Assembly (NCBI GenBank): GCA_002633005.1
Contig: NMRA01000674.1
Location: 62,001 to 126,000 of the forward strand
Source: Phoronis australis
Taxonomy: Eukaryota; Animalia; Phoronida
Length of the DNA stretch: 64,000 nucleotides
Reading direction: 5' to 3'
Shown here: positions 14,004-27,308 of the stretch, piece after piece
Layout: each line of letters starts with the position of its first letter
How positions within the stretch are numbered: the first letter of the stretch is position 1
Program-made: the position numbers and the translations under genes
The notes under the pieces: generated by a model
Seen by the model: the letters and a program-made list of their open reading frames with translations, nothing else
Databases searched by the model: none
Told to the model about the DNA's origin: nothing

Positions 14004-14511
14004 GGAGGCATGGAACGCGAAAGCTCGTTAAAAACATCTTTTGAACAATTCCTGACGAAATTCCCAACTCGCAACATCTAATACAGAGTAATTCAATTGC
14101 CCCTGTGAGGGAATTCCTGGAAAAAATAACAAAATGCACAATTTTGAATTACAATAATCTCTGTGCTTACCACATGGTTTCTAATCTCCTTCCCACCTAT
14201 GATAAATGCGATCACGGTCAGTTGCATGGGGTTAAAGGTCACATTTTTCATATAAGGGAAATGTGCTATATCTTTGCCTTGACATACCGAATAAGGAGAC
14301 GTGCTTAGCTTTGCGATAAAAATCGAGTGACGAACAGTTGACACATCGTTTTTTTGAAATTTGAAAGTAAGAGAAGATGCTCTGATATCAACAGAAATAA
14401 AAAATTTTTACGAAAAAACCCTTAAAATACCTGGAAAGCACTAGGTTGAATTCTGTTTCAGTGGCAGAGAACCATTTTTAATATTTCAATGTTTATCGTG
14501 TTCCAGGCTTC
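14004..14511. mobile_element. Kolobok-like MITE with TTAA TSD inserted in the LINE RT
   Basis: TTAA at 14000-14003 and 14512-14515. Imperfect TIR ggaggcatggaacgcga / tcgtgttccaggcttc. Removal rejoins RT sequence (KM..LNSMY..VKSCV). Confidence 0.7.
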
Positions 14512-15323
14512 TTAAGTTCTTAATAGCATGTATAAAATGTGAAGTCGTGCGTCTTGCTGACTTGTGACAATTACGTAACCGATTTCGTCCAGTGTGCGAT
14601 GGGTGTAAGACGAGGGTGTCAATTGTCTCCCTTTTTGCTCCCCTTGTTTTTAAATGATATGGAAAGAGATTTACAAAATGAACAAGGCTCGAGTGTAAAT
14701 ATTAGTCTAGTAAATTTATATTTACTGTTGTTTGCCCATGACTTGGTTCTCGTTGCAAAGCCGTGCTGTTGCCATGCAGAGATTAATTACCAAACTAGAA
14801 GAATATTGTTATAAATGTAAACTTCATGTGAACATGTCAAAACAATAAATGTTGTCTTTCGTAAATTGGGATATTAAAAAATATATAAAAGGTGGAAATT
14901 ATTCGGGGAAACTGTATCAACTACTTCAGAGTATTACTATTTAGGAATCAAATTTACCCCTAAGAGTGTGTTCACAAAGGTTCAGAATACACACAGCACA
15001 TGACTAAATACACTGCCGTTCCTGTGCAAACGTGGTTAAAGTTGTTTGATCAAAAGTAATACCGATTATGTTGCATGATTCTGGAATTTCATCCTACACA
15101 AGACAATGAAAAACTGCACAATAAATTTTGTAAGTTCTCATTGCGACTTGGACAGCATGTTTCAAAGGTTGCAGTGAGGGGAGAGCTTGGCAGAGTGACG
15201 ATGAAGGTAAATTTACTATTGAAAATTGTTGAATACTCGTTAAAGATTTTCAAAATACAAAGCCATCGTTATGTTAGCGTATGTTATAATGTGCAATATG
15301 AAATGGTTGAACAAAATATGTGT

Positions 15324-16716
15324 TCATCAATGCCCGTCACCCCTACCAGTGTATAGGCCACGAATCAGAGATTTCCATTTTTTCTGTCCTGGGCGATTCC
15401 TTCTAGCTGTCTCCATGAGTATCCTAACCTCTCCATATCATCGGTGATGCATCTTCTCCAGGTCATTCGTGGTCTGCCTCTATTTCGTTTATCCTGTGGG
15501 TTCCACTTTAATGCGTGTCTGGAAGGGCTACTTGTTGGTCTTCTTAGTGTATGTCCAATCCAGCGCCATTTCCTTCGGCCGATCTCCTCTTCCACTGGTG
15601 TCTGTCCTGTTCTTTCCCACATTTCTCCATTTCTTATCCTTTCTGGCCACTGTATCCTCAAAATTTTCCTCAGGCATGAATTGACAAAAGTTTGCAGTCT
15701 CTTGAACTTTGTTTTTGTGTTTCTCCAGGTCTCTGATCCATATAACAGTACTGATTTAACGTTTGAGTTGAACAATCTCAATCTTGTTTTCAGCGAGAGT
15801 TTCCTAGCTTTCCATACTTTCATTAGTTGGTAAAATGCAGTTCTGGCCTTGGCAATTCTTGCTCGTATGCCAGTTTCGGTCCACCCTTTTTATCTGTCTT
15901 GCTGCCAAGGTATGTGAAATGTTCAACTTCCTCCAGGATTGATCCATTTATTTCAATTGGTGTTTCTGTCTCTGGGGTTAAGTTAAGAATTTTTGTTTTT
16001 CCACTGTTGATGACAAGGTCAATCTTCCTTGCTGTTTTGTCCACTTCATCTGTTTTCCTTCGCATTTGGCCTGCTGTGTGAGAAAGTAGTGCGATGTCAT
16101 CTGCGTAGTCCAGGTCATACCGCTGTGTCCATAGGGTCCACTGTATTCCGTTTCTTCTGCCTGTTGTCACCAGTGTCATTGTACAGTCTACTACTAGGTT
16201 GAAAAGAAAAGGTGGCAAAAGACAGCCTTGCTTCACTCCTGTTCTAATTTCAAATGGGTCTGTCATTTCACCGTCATGAGGAACACGGCAGTTCCTTCCT
16301 TCGTACATGTTTTTGACCAGTGTCACTATCTTTTCTGGGATGCCATAATGGCGCATGAGCTTCCATAACGTGCTTCCGTCGATGCTGTCAAATGCCTTTT
16401 CAAAATCAACTTAATTGATCATTAGGGAAGAGTTCCCTTCCATGGATTGTTCAAGGATGATTCTTAACGTTGCTATCTGATCGGAGCAAGATATGCCTTT
16501 CTTGAAACCCGCTTGTTGGTTTTTCATCTACCTTGAACTTGATTCGTTGTAGGATTATGCTACTAAATACTTTCCCTGGTATTGATAGCAGCGTTATCCC
16601 TCGATTGTTGTTATAGTTTCCAAGGTCTCCTTTCTTTGGTGATTTTATTAGGTGTCCTTCTTTCCAATCGTCTGGAAAAATTTCACCTGTCCATACTTTG
16701 TGGAAGAGGTCGTTCA
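15324..16716 (-). mobile_element. 5'-truncated RTE-clade LINE (frameshifted RT)
   Basis: DWKEGHLIKSPKKGDL, RGITLLSIPGKVF, GVKQGCLLPPFLF, LDYADDIALL, FTYLGS, RRKWRWIGHTLRR, RGRPRMTWRR; short TGATGA tail. Confidence 0.9.
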
Positions 16717-17370
16717 ATAACTTCAGGTATCTCCAACAGACCAATGACTTACATGACTTGAGAAAAATTGTTAAATATTTAATCAATGCTAAGATAAGTC
16801 GAAATGAGTGTCTTGAGTTAAATTTGCTTTGGTTTGGATATCCTGTACTCTCTGTTTACTATTTATTTGTATTGGTTTGGATATCCTGTACTCTCTGTTT
16901 ACTATATATTTGCAATGTGGAATGAAGGCCTATTTAAGTGAAATATATCAATTCAATTCAACGATTTCAGCATCAGATTGACGTGTTTAGTAAGTTTCTG
17001 TTCTGGTGAGATCCACTGAAAGTATTATAATCTTAAGTGTAGCAGTGTCCTCTTAAGGGTGTTTCGTATTTGTTCGTTATCTAAAATTTAAGTAATGAAA
17101 CAGGATATTCAAAAATGCAAACCATATCTCAAATCTCTCATCATGATCAAACGATTTCCATTCCTAACCATATCACTCGGAGCATTAACATATAGAAACA
17201 GTGACTACAAACTATCACTTTTGAAAACTGTATCGTTTCAAGTCAACGTCTCGTGAGCCTTTTTATGGAGAAAACCAGTTGCAATCAGCAAGTTTGGGAG
17301 ATTATTTTTTGCTATTTTAATAATACAACATACGTAAAAGGAAACGAAATGGACATATAACACTTCAAAC

Positions 17371-17456
17371 TGGAGCCATCTCTTTGAAACAGTGAAGCAT
17401 TGCATAAACTGTCTGGAGCCATCTCTTTGAAACAGTGAAGCATTGCATAAACTGTC
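17371..17456. repeat. Tandem duplication of about 43 bp
   Basis: tggagccatctctttgaaacagtgaagcattgcataaactgtc occurs twice in tandem. Confidence 0.9.
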
Positions 17457-19648
17457 AGCCATTATGTGACACTCGTTTTTGACTACCTATTTTCTTAAAA
17501 CCATAATCTATAACCAAATTATCAAAAAAAACTTGCAAAAACATGTTCGTTTTTTTGGAAATTAGGGGTTGAAACAAAAGGTGCACTTACCATTGAGTAC
17601 ATAGGCTAGATTTTATACCTATTTTGTACAACGGGTTTGCATTTTAATTAATTCGATTATCTTTTTCGATATAAATTTGTCTGTAGACCACGAAAAATGA
17701 CTGGCGAATTTGTTACACCCAGAGCATGACTGTGCAATTTTTTTGAAACACTTGAGTAAAAAGTAATTGCAGGCGGTCTGGTACACGTTGAACAAGACGT
17801 GAGCCCATTTCACTAATCACCTGGAACCATTTTTGTGCTTTATTAATATATACCGTAGTTAAAAACAAGCATTTATGTTTTTGTTTTCAAAAACTGGGTT
17901 ATGTTATCATGTGCATATTATGTCTATAATCTGTTCTTTTTTCAATGATTTCAAATTCCAAAACCTCCCATTTGTCTTCAAAATTCTGATCTAATTTTTC
18001 CGTTTTTGAACAGCTCCACAACGACTTATTGTTAAAACATGCATGCAAGTTGCCTTGTTTATTAAACAATCTGTGACAGTCGTTGAAGAACCTGAGACGA
18101 GAAGGCGTGTCACCGACAAGTCATGTAAACATGCCAAATCACACGCCAATGAAAGCCTCGTTTTTTTCTTGGTTGACTTTTCCCCCTAAATTGAACATTG
18201 CTGAGGAGGCCGAAAAATATTTAGCATCGCAAATTGTACTTCTAAAAGCCTCGAGATGGCGATAACGTCAATGTAGGGCCTATTATCGGTTTCATGGCTG
18301 AAAAACACAGTTTTGGGATTGTTGTTGAATAGAATAGATTTCTTAATGTCGTAAAACAACGAAATCCGTTGTTTTCTGATTTTATCCCAAAACGCCAATT
18401 CTTGCTGTTGTCTGCCAGACATTTGCTGACATCAAAGTCGGTGCATTTTCTTGTTAAACATGCTTAAAATAGCCTGCCGCATATCGAGTGAGGTAGATCG
18501 TCTTGGAAAGAGGCCTTAAGTAACTTGTTAATAGGTTCGAAGTCTGGTCGCAGGGGCTAACGACCTGAGCATGAATTGAAAGATTTCGTGGCAAAACAAA
18601 ACTGTAATATTTACGCATTGAAGACATAAGTTCATGACCATGTGACATTTTTGCCATTTACGGACTTTAGAAATTCTATCATCTATCATTCTTTACCAGA
18701 AAGCAGCATTTTATTGTCGAATTTTTATAAGGCACACTGCAAAACCGATGTATTCATTCTTCGCGGCCCTATTGAGCAGAGATCGCGGTCGAAAACGATG
18801 TTATGTCGATGAAGCCTCAACGATTTCAAGAAATAAATGTCTGTCGTCTGCTGAGTTCATCAGAAATCTATGGCGTGTTCACACCTTTATTTTGTGACAG
18901 TTTGATGGACATCTGCGGCTTAACAATGACATCAGATGGCAAAACATTCATCCCATCAGGCATCCATCCATCCATCGATCTCCTCAATGGACATCGTTTT
19001 CAATTTTGAATTATTTATTGAAATGTTAGCATTTAGACGTACTTCTATTAAGCTTTCCCATTTTTTCCAGTCATCGTTATTTATTTTATTTGACTTATAT
19101 TATGTTGAAAAAAGAGATCAATTTTGTTTTTTCTACCCGTTGGATTCAGTTACAAATAGCGTTTAGGGGGTGCCGTCGATCATTAAAATCTATATTATGT
19201 CAATTTTTAATAATTAAATAGATCTTGGGCTACGTCCGCTTTTGTCCTACAACAAAACATAAGATGATTTATGTCAGTTTCACGGGTAAGCATTCCATTA
19301 CTCACACAGCGGTCTTACGCTAAGATATCGAGTTACGACTGATGACTTATACAAGCCGCGAAACCATGACGTTGATGAGTATTCATCGTTAATAGCTTTG
19401 TCAGGTTTTGTGCATGTGCGTGACTGCTTATACCAGGGAGGCTGACGTTTTGTGTTTTAGTGAGATTATGTCCTGATTACACCGTCTCCTTCTTGCCTAT
19501 TGAACTTTGGATAGACTTCATGTACGACAATTGGAGTATGTAGACACTAGTCCAAAAGTCGTAAAACGACTTCTCCTGAATCAATTAAAATCGTAGCAAA
19601 ATAGGACATGGTCTATTTCAATCTTTTGGTCTCGGAAAGTCCAGTGGG

Positions 19649-19650
<2 letters not shown>

Positions 19651-19740
<90 letters not shown>
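19651..19740. repeat. Pure (CAG)30 microsatellite, intronic
   Basis: Directly visible; not within a supported exon. Confidence 0.97.
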
Positions 19741-19742
<2 letters not shown>

Positions 19743-20401
19743 CCGTAAACAAGCACACTTAAAACGCTTTGTTGCTGCTCTGTGTTAAGATGAATTTCGC
19801 GAATAAAGGCATTTCAAAATTTCACAATTCATAAAATGTTAAATAAATAAGTACACTCATATGTTAATTCCTAACATTTCGGAGGACGGACATTTGTCGA
19901 TAGCCGCTCGTGTCGTGTCTCTATCGAAAGAACTTTATATTATTGTGTATATTAATTTTTGTCCTATTCAGGAGTAGAATTTCATAGGTTATTTTAAAAA
20001 GGAGTATATTAACATCAAGAACATCAACAAAAAGCAAATAATCCACAAAGTGCCTAGTAATTAACGGATCAGGCATAGAATAGATGTAGCGTTTTTTATT
20101 TTACGGCTCCTACAGAACGAAAAAAAGAAAAAATCGCCTCTACCAGTATCCGCACCTATGATCCAAGCTTAATAGTTATTTCGTGGATTTTTTTTAAAAA
20201 GTTCGTAAACATTAAACGAAACAATAAAAAAGATTTTCCGTCTGATGAAAAGTGAATTTTTCAGAGTTCCAAAATTTAGACCTTACTTAAATAGATTCTG
20301 GAAGTGTGGCATTAATATCACTTACAGAAAGTCATGGTAAGTATTTTACCGGTTATGAAGTAGAATGGACTACATGATTTGCTGTTATCTTCCCTTTTCA
20401 G

Positions 20402-20519
20402 AATCATGATTTTGACGAACACAGCGACAACACCAAGTACTGGACGAAGAGAAGGGTCGCCATCTTAGTTGTTCTGATTCTTCTGCTGATTGGAGTCACC
20501 GTCGCTTTCTGTTTTATCG
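20402..20519 (+). CDS. Gene A exon 3, signal-anchor TM helix: NHDFDEHSDNTKYWTKRRVAILVVLILLLIGVTVAFCFI
   Basis: Acceptor ttcccttttcag|, donor G|gtaaga, phase 0-1. KRR followed by a 21-aa hydrophobic stretch fits type II topology. Confidence 0.85.
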
Positions 20520-22967
20520 GTAAGAAGTGAAATTTTAGTCGCTTGACTCTTGTTAGTACACCATACTCACAGGCAAGTAATCGGAGTCTATCATTTTTTG
20601 TATTGTGTATTGTCTATGCCGACCATGCTTGCTAACAAAAATGCAGTGTGAATATTGCACGTATTTCAGTGATGAGATTTGTTTTGAAGGGACTGTGCTT
20701 AGGAACGAAGAACTCATGTTTTTGGATTTGGGTAGGATACATTTCGTAAAGTAAAAAGCCTTGAACATAGCTATAAATCTGTAAAACCCATTAACGCTAG
20801 TGTCTCGTAAGATCTCGCGATATTCTTCGAGATATCGCCATGCATTTTCATTGAGAGTACATGATTTTAGCTAGATTTTATCGCCGTTAGACAATTATTG
20901 GACTCGACCAAGGCGTGCGTTCTGTAGACGCGAGAATTTCGTGAAAACGTAACATCACGCGAGACCTCTGGTGGTCTTCAAATCATATAATTAACAGGGA
21001 TATGAGTTCGACATTCAGTTTTGTGAGAAGAAAAATTGCTATCCTTCGATTATGGAATAGATTCTTTGTCTTTTTATGATGAGATTGACGCCACAAATCT
21101 TTATTTGTAATAACCGGTGTTCACTGTTTGAGATATAACGTGTTTAATCAGATTACAGCTGTTGATACCATTGTTGACTTTTGAATTTGGTTACACCACG
21201 TTGCGGTATACTATATTGCGCCTTTGAACTCGTCATTCATAAGCAGTACATGTACGTATTCGTCATGAGTAAAAGCGACGAACATTTACCGACAAGGCGC
21301 ATTTTATTGCGAATTTACTTCGTTACTCTTGATAATTTGCGATGACATTGTTGGCATGTGTTCAGTGGAAGAGCAGCCATTGAATTACCCCCCAAGCTAC
21401 GCCATTGCGACCACCTGGGGTGTTTTGCTTCTAAATTTATGTTCAAAACGGCAAAGGCGGGTTTCAAACAAGCCTAGACTACAGCTGCATTTCACTCTGT
21501 TAGCTGGCTATAAACGAAATCGAATTAAACATTTTACTCTCACAATATCGGTCACAAAATTCCGTGATAAGATTTTATTTCCATCAAGATAATCGAAACC
21601 ATCAGCGACTCAAAGAGTTGGCAATGCTGATAGCACATACGTGCACTGCCTGTGACTTGAGGTGCCGGCTCATTCGGCAACAATTCGGAATCGGGTGAAG
21701 GTGGAAAAGATTTTAAACCGCAAAGCGCTTCTGTTAAGAATTCAACATTAACAACTAAACAGCGGCGAAATGCAGCTTTAATTTTTTTGTCGCACCTGTC
21801 GTTGCGTCCGAATGGTGTAATACGTCCGGCTTGTGCAATCACGTTGTTGGAAACCGAGCATACCAAAACGTTGTTCTGTCACGGACTTTTAGTCTGCACC
21901 ACAAGTTTATAAAAGGAATCCGTCTTTCGTTGCAGTTTTGAGAACCAAATCTCGACCTTGTTTACTTTGTTCAGTCCAGAGTTGCAGACAGACATGACGT
22001 TGTCTCCCGAAAATAAGCAATAGTTCTACTTCTTTCATACATGTATATGGCACTGTGTAGATTGATTCTCAAAGATATGATTGGGTAACAATGCTATAAA
22101 CTAACAACTTAGTGACGTTGACTGGCGATCGTGCATCCTTCACGATGTCAAAGCTAAAAAACAATGCGAAAGCCAATTTTGTCGAATGAAAGCAAAGTTC
22201 AAGACTCAACCTGAATTGCGTACATTTTTCACACAAAATACAGAATATTCCGTGTGAAAATCTGTAACAAATACGGACTACTAATAGCAAGCATCTCTGA
22301 CTCACAAACGCAACGCTGTCAATGCATAGAATGTAGCATTTAGGTATTCAGTGCAGTTGGGTATAGGGGTACCTTGACCGTAACTCTTGGCAGCTTGCAC
22401 TAACACGCAGTTCCAAACTTACTTCGTGACAACTTAATAACTTAATAGTTGAACTGTCTCTCGAGCGAAGTGTTTCATGGTCGTTGATCGTCAACGTTGC
22501 TGCCAAACTGGCTTCGGTATCGCTTCGCGCAGTTAGCGCATATCAATTTAGTTGTTAAGCAAACAGCCACCCATGAAAATCACCTTAAAAACGAGTTCAT
22601 CATAGAGAAACAACATACAGTAAACGGTGTGGGATTTAAAACAAATCATTCGATGACCGGCGTCACTACCAAGGCCACTTGTGAACATACATGATAATTT
22701 GAGGTCTGAGAAGAAATGAACAGTAACTTAAGACTTTCACCGAAAAGGCAAAAAGTTTCGTCTTTCAACACAAATATTTCCGGTCGATTTCGGGTGGATC
22801 TAACTATATTAATGTAGGCAACCAAATAACGGGTTTTTCTATATTATTTTCGATATTTATGTAGGTGACCTCATTTTGAATGTCTTGTCTATATGTCCTT
22901 TTAAAGTTATGTAGGTGACCTCATTTTGAATCTGGGAATTGAATGTCTTGTCTATATGTCCTTTTAA

Positions 22968-23719
22968 AGTTATGTAGGACCTTATCGACAAGTCTGTGTA
23001 ATGAGTCAAATATCTACATAACTCTGTACAAGTATATACTTCACACTGTACAAGTATATACTTCACACTGTACAAGTATATACTTCACACTGTATAAGTA
23101 TATACTTCACACTGTACAAGTATATACTTCACACTGTATAAGTATATACTTCACACTGTACAAGTATATACTTCACACTGTACAAGTATATACTTCACCC
23201 TGTACAAGTATATACTTCACACTGTACAAGTATATACTTCACACTGTACAAGTATATACTTCACACTGTACAAGTATGTACTTCACAAAAGGAGAAAGTC
23301 TGTAAACTGTTGATTTTTAACCTCAGAGCAATCTGTCATCAACTGGATCACGTGACTTTGTCTCTTCAGTAAATGACAAAGAGACACAATCACAACAAAA
23401 CAAAAGTATGAATAACATCATCAAATTTCATTAGACATAAACATCCAAAATGAAATCTCAAAAATGTTGTAACAATTTTCTAAAATATAATTTCGTGTTC
23501 GTTTTATGCAACTTTTTTCGTAACAATCATAAAAGTTCTACTTTTTCATAGACTTTGGACAAAGGCGCAACTCTTTAAAAACAAAATCCTAACAACGTTT
23601 CTGAAGAACAAAGCATAAATCACGGTATATGAAAGTTTCCGCTGAATCCGATCAGCCATTCTTGAGATGCAATGTTCTGAAATTAGCCAAATTTGTACTT
23701 TCTAGGGTTCTGCATAACT
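22968..23719 (+). mobile_element. Kolobok-like MITE (TTAA TSD) carrying an internal 22-bp satellite
   Basis: TTAA-agttatgtaggacc ... ggttctgcataact-TTAA. Shares the tgaaagttt..tgaatccgatca.cca motif with the 30269 copy. Confidence 0.75.
23023..23287. repeat. 22-bp minisatellite (acactgtacaagtatatacttc) x about 12
   Basis: Directly visible; the unit contains the palindromes tgtaca and aagtatatactt. Confidence 0.95.
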
Positions 23720-24159
23720 TTAACAAGAATGGATCATTTATTTCAAATAATGAACAGTTATCAACTCACCTCAGCAAAAGTATAAGGCCTTTGAAAATAT
23801 AACCCTAATTGCTGGTTATTTAGATAATTTCTAGAAATTATTTCTAAGATCGTGTATGCTTACAGATTTACTCATCAATCGTGAAGTGTGAACGTGAGTC
23901 GAATTTTCCGAGTTTTAAGTAACTATTTATTAAGCAGACTACTGGTTGTTTTACATGGATTTCACTTTAAATTATTGAAAATAGTCACATTTGTCTGTCT
24001 CTTTCAGTTGAAGTAACGCTAATGTACTATTTCTAAACACAGCAAATCGTTCTCAGGCACAACTATGTGGTTGTAAGCCTTGAAATCTAATCATAAATAT
24101 GAAATTAAAATGTCAGTTTCAGTTGAAATTTGGTTTATTATTAACCAGTCATTGACGAG

Positions 24160-24319
24160 CATGGGCGACGCAGCCCTAAAAAAACTTGGGGGGGGGGCTA
24201 CAGCCCCCAGCCCCCCAGCACCCCTAGTATGATTCACCGCCCATAGACCGTGGGCGGCGAAGCACTGGAAAAAGTGGTGGGGCTGTAACCCCCCAGCCCC
24301 TTATGGTGCGCCACCCATG
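24160..24319 (+). mobile_element. GC-rich dimeric MITE with 5-bp TSD (ACGAG), hAT5-like
   Basis: acgag|catgggcgacgca ... tgcgccacccatg|acgag. Confidence 0.75.
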
Positions 24320-26176
24320 ACGAGTCCATGCAGTCATAAAAATCTACTCACGACGTATCCGTCGTTGGCTCATGCGAGATCGTACCAGCTCTTGTTCGAT
24401 TTCTTAATTTAGTTATCATAGTTCGATAGCATTCCTTTGTAAGAATAAAACTTGATAAATAACACTATATTTTCTTCTGATCGAAAACTGTACAGAGAAT
24501 ACGCACGAGTATCTGAAGTATCCAACAGAAAATACAATAGTGTTTTAATCTAATTCAACACTTGCATGTCTTTGTTAACTATGCACAATTTCAAATGCAA
24601 ATGTATATCATCCTAAACAATAACACCCATTGCGAAATGTATTGTAAGCGTTGTCCAACATCCATGACATTTTTACAACAGCAAACCTGCTGGGTCACAA
24701 TGGTTCCGGGTCATTATTACTGGTCACAATATCTGATTTTAGAAATAGTTGCGCCATACTGAAATGCATTATCCCACCAGACGGCGACCACGTCTTTGAT
24801 GGACAGGCATTCAGGGTCATACCTCAATGCCAGACGTTCACAACAAGGTGTGACTGTGAACCCAAGAATCCTGTTAATTTTTAATAGGCACGTGCGCCAA
24901 ACGATTTCCTTCGAAAATGCATCATTTTATACGGACATACGGAGTTTTGTGAACGTACTGGTTATCGCAATGCATCACGCGTCGAGTGTTATGCGCACTT
25001 ATGGAAACGAGGCTTAAAGATGTCCTTTCCTTTACATACACCAATTTAGATCACGTGATGAGTTTCGTCAGTCAAAAGATATCGCTAAGATATAAACTTT
25101 TCGTTAATTTCAGCCCTATTTGTGTTTGTCTTATTTTATTATTTGTTTTTTAAAGTTTTTAAAAATTGGTTGGAGTCTCCACGGAAACCTCGTTACCCAT
25201 GGCGACAGCTGATTGAGTACCATACCTCGGCAGCCATTTTAGGGGTTGGTGCACAACCAAAAACATTAAAAAATCATATTAAGTTTTGTTAAGTATGAAA
25301 TGTTTGAAGTTGTCTAGAATGAGCATTACTTAAGTGTACTTTCGACTGAAAGATATATATTGCATTAAAATCCATTTTACAAAATGTTTCACTAAAATGA
25401 AGCTGTTATTTCAGAAGATAGGAAAGCTAATTTTAGAAAAGAAGCAGTGTTTGGCTACACAAACATTCATTTCGTTTTTGTTGTAATATGTTGAGCATAT
25501 CAAACATCTAAATCCTGATTTGATTTGAATAAACGCGTGTTCCTCTCTACGTAATCCTAAAAATCTAAATTCTGTCTTATCTCACTCACAAAAAGTTTCG
25601 CTGTGTTTAGCTAGTGCAAAATGCGTCCAGCAGTGTATACCTAGGAAGACACGCTGTATTATTATCAGCAGTGTATACCTAGGAAGACACACTGTGTTAT
25701 TATCACGGGTTTCTCGTCATTGAGTATCGGTAGTTTTCTGCAGACAAGCCCAGGCCGCACATTCGGAAAATATTAGTTCAGGATCAAACGTCAAATCTAA
25801 ATATTCGCCCGGGCGTCTATTTGAAGGTGACGAATAAGTGTTTGGGTATATCCTTACTGTAGCCGGCTTACAACCCAAAAGAGTAAAATACATACATCAC
25901 TGATCAATGATTGTCCCAACTATTTTTTTTTTTTGAAGTTTTTGTTTAAATAATTACTTGAGTGAAGGTAAGCTTAAGGTTTCAACTATTCTTATTTCCC
26001 CGAAATCTACTGTGCGGAAAAAATCGGTATGAACGCCCACTAGGGTATCCAAAGATGGTCCTTGCGGAGTAAAGTCCTCAGTTGAAGTTCCTTATATTGA
26101 GTTGGTGATATGCTAAAGTTAGTGGACTGAGCAAAACGTCATGTTGCAGTTACTAATAAGATTTATATTTAGATAC

Positions 26177-26893
26177 TAGAGAGGTTTTGCAAAGCGACTT
26201 GAACGTGAATTACCACGCATATATGATTCCGCGCCATAAATTTCATTGTTGGCTGTGACGTAATCCCTATAGTGTTTGCGTATTTTACGCGAATTCAAGG
26301 AGATTCGCGTCGCTTTAAACGCGAAACCTGTGGTCCTTTTTAATTCTTATTCGGCAAGACATGGAAACGACTTTTATTTTGATAGCGTTCTCAATCTTTC
26401 TTCTTTGCTTCCGTATCAAATGTACACGATTCTTTTGTCTATAAATGCTCTTTAAAGTCTACCTGAAGGAAGGCCCTTTTCCAAAATCCTTATTCTGCGG
26501 GGTTCGCAGGATATCATCGAACAAGAATGGATTTTTAACAGATATGATTTGGTGTTGTCAAACTTTTTACATGCTTAATTTACTTGCATCTATTTATTAT
26601 AAACTACAGATAAATTTCGCATTCTAGGCGTTCGTAGAGACTACTTTGTTCACATTCAACCTATCGTGTATATCTGTAGTGGATAATATCAGAATGTTCA
26701 GTTACCGTAGTACATATTATGTACTAAGATAACTGGACATCCTGAGCTCACTTATTCAGTTTACGTTTACTTTCACGTTCACGTAAAAATTTAGCTGTTA
26801 CGAAACCTATTTTTGTTACCGTAACGTGAATCGGCACGGAGAATTAAATATGGGTCATAATTCACGTTCAGGTCGCTTTGCAAAACCTCTCTA
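26177..26893. mobile_element. Non-autonomous TIR element with 36-bp TIRs, superfamily unassigned
   Basis: tagagaggttttgcaaagcgacttgaacgtgaatta vs reverse complement of taattcacgttcaggtcgctttgcaaaacctctcta, 1 mismatch. Confidence 0.85.
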
Positions 26894-27209
26894 TTGTCAG
26901 CTGAGAAACTCAATTGATTAAACAGATGAAGATGTGGTCTAGATCGCATTTAAACACGGCACTTTGGACAACGACAAACCACAGTGAAACGGACGGTTGT
27001 TGAGTCTCAGTCAAATAAATTTCGACTAAACAAACACTGTTTACTTAACATGGAATTAGGTAACAGATATTTCAATAAAAAATAATCGGTCATATACTGC
27101 TTCTCACCTTCTGTTGTAAGTTGTCTCGCGCGAAATGAGGTGCCGACTAGAGACTAGAGGCTTATTAGCTAATCTGATACCCCGACCTTCGTATTAACAA
27201 TTCAACTTG

Positions 27210-27214
<5 letters not shown>

Positions 27215-27258
<44 letters not shown>

Positions 27259-27308
27259 TGCGTGTGTGCGTGCGTGCGTGCGTGCGTGCGTGTGTGTGTG
27301 TGTGTGTG
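27215..27308. repeat. (TG)n/(TGCG)n compound microsatellite
   Basis: Directly visible. Confidence 0.97.

Larger units (their letters stand above)
13290..16961 (+). mobile_element. Decayed RTE-X-like LINE (RT and C-terminal region), interrupted by two later insertions
   Basis: Broken frames give EVDKCINDVKVGKAAGDD, HYRGITL, GFRKGYST, FKKAFD, VKSCV, GVRRGCQLSPFL, LLFAHD, YLGIKF, HNKFCKFSL..AVRGELGR. C-terminal remnant after 16716 and a caattcaattcaa tail. Clade assignment tentative. Confidence 0.75.

Noticed and set aside
19340-19385. Hammerhead-like CTGATGA...CGAAAC
   Set aside because: Stem II is not closed (C opposite C) and stem I cannot pair.
19651-19740. (CAG)30 as a polyQ or polyA coding exon
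   Set aside because: No convincing splice sites or extended open frame compatible with gene A.
23023-23287. CRISPR-like appearance of short palindromic repeats (also 47761, 41977, 59623)
   Set aside because: No unique spacers of regular length, no cas genes, eukaryotic context.
24684-24848. Possible extra + strand exon of gene A (ORF 24651-24884)
   Set aside because: The best donor gives phase 2, incompatible with the phase-1 acceptor at 38742, and there is no recognisable domain.
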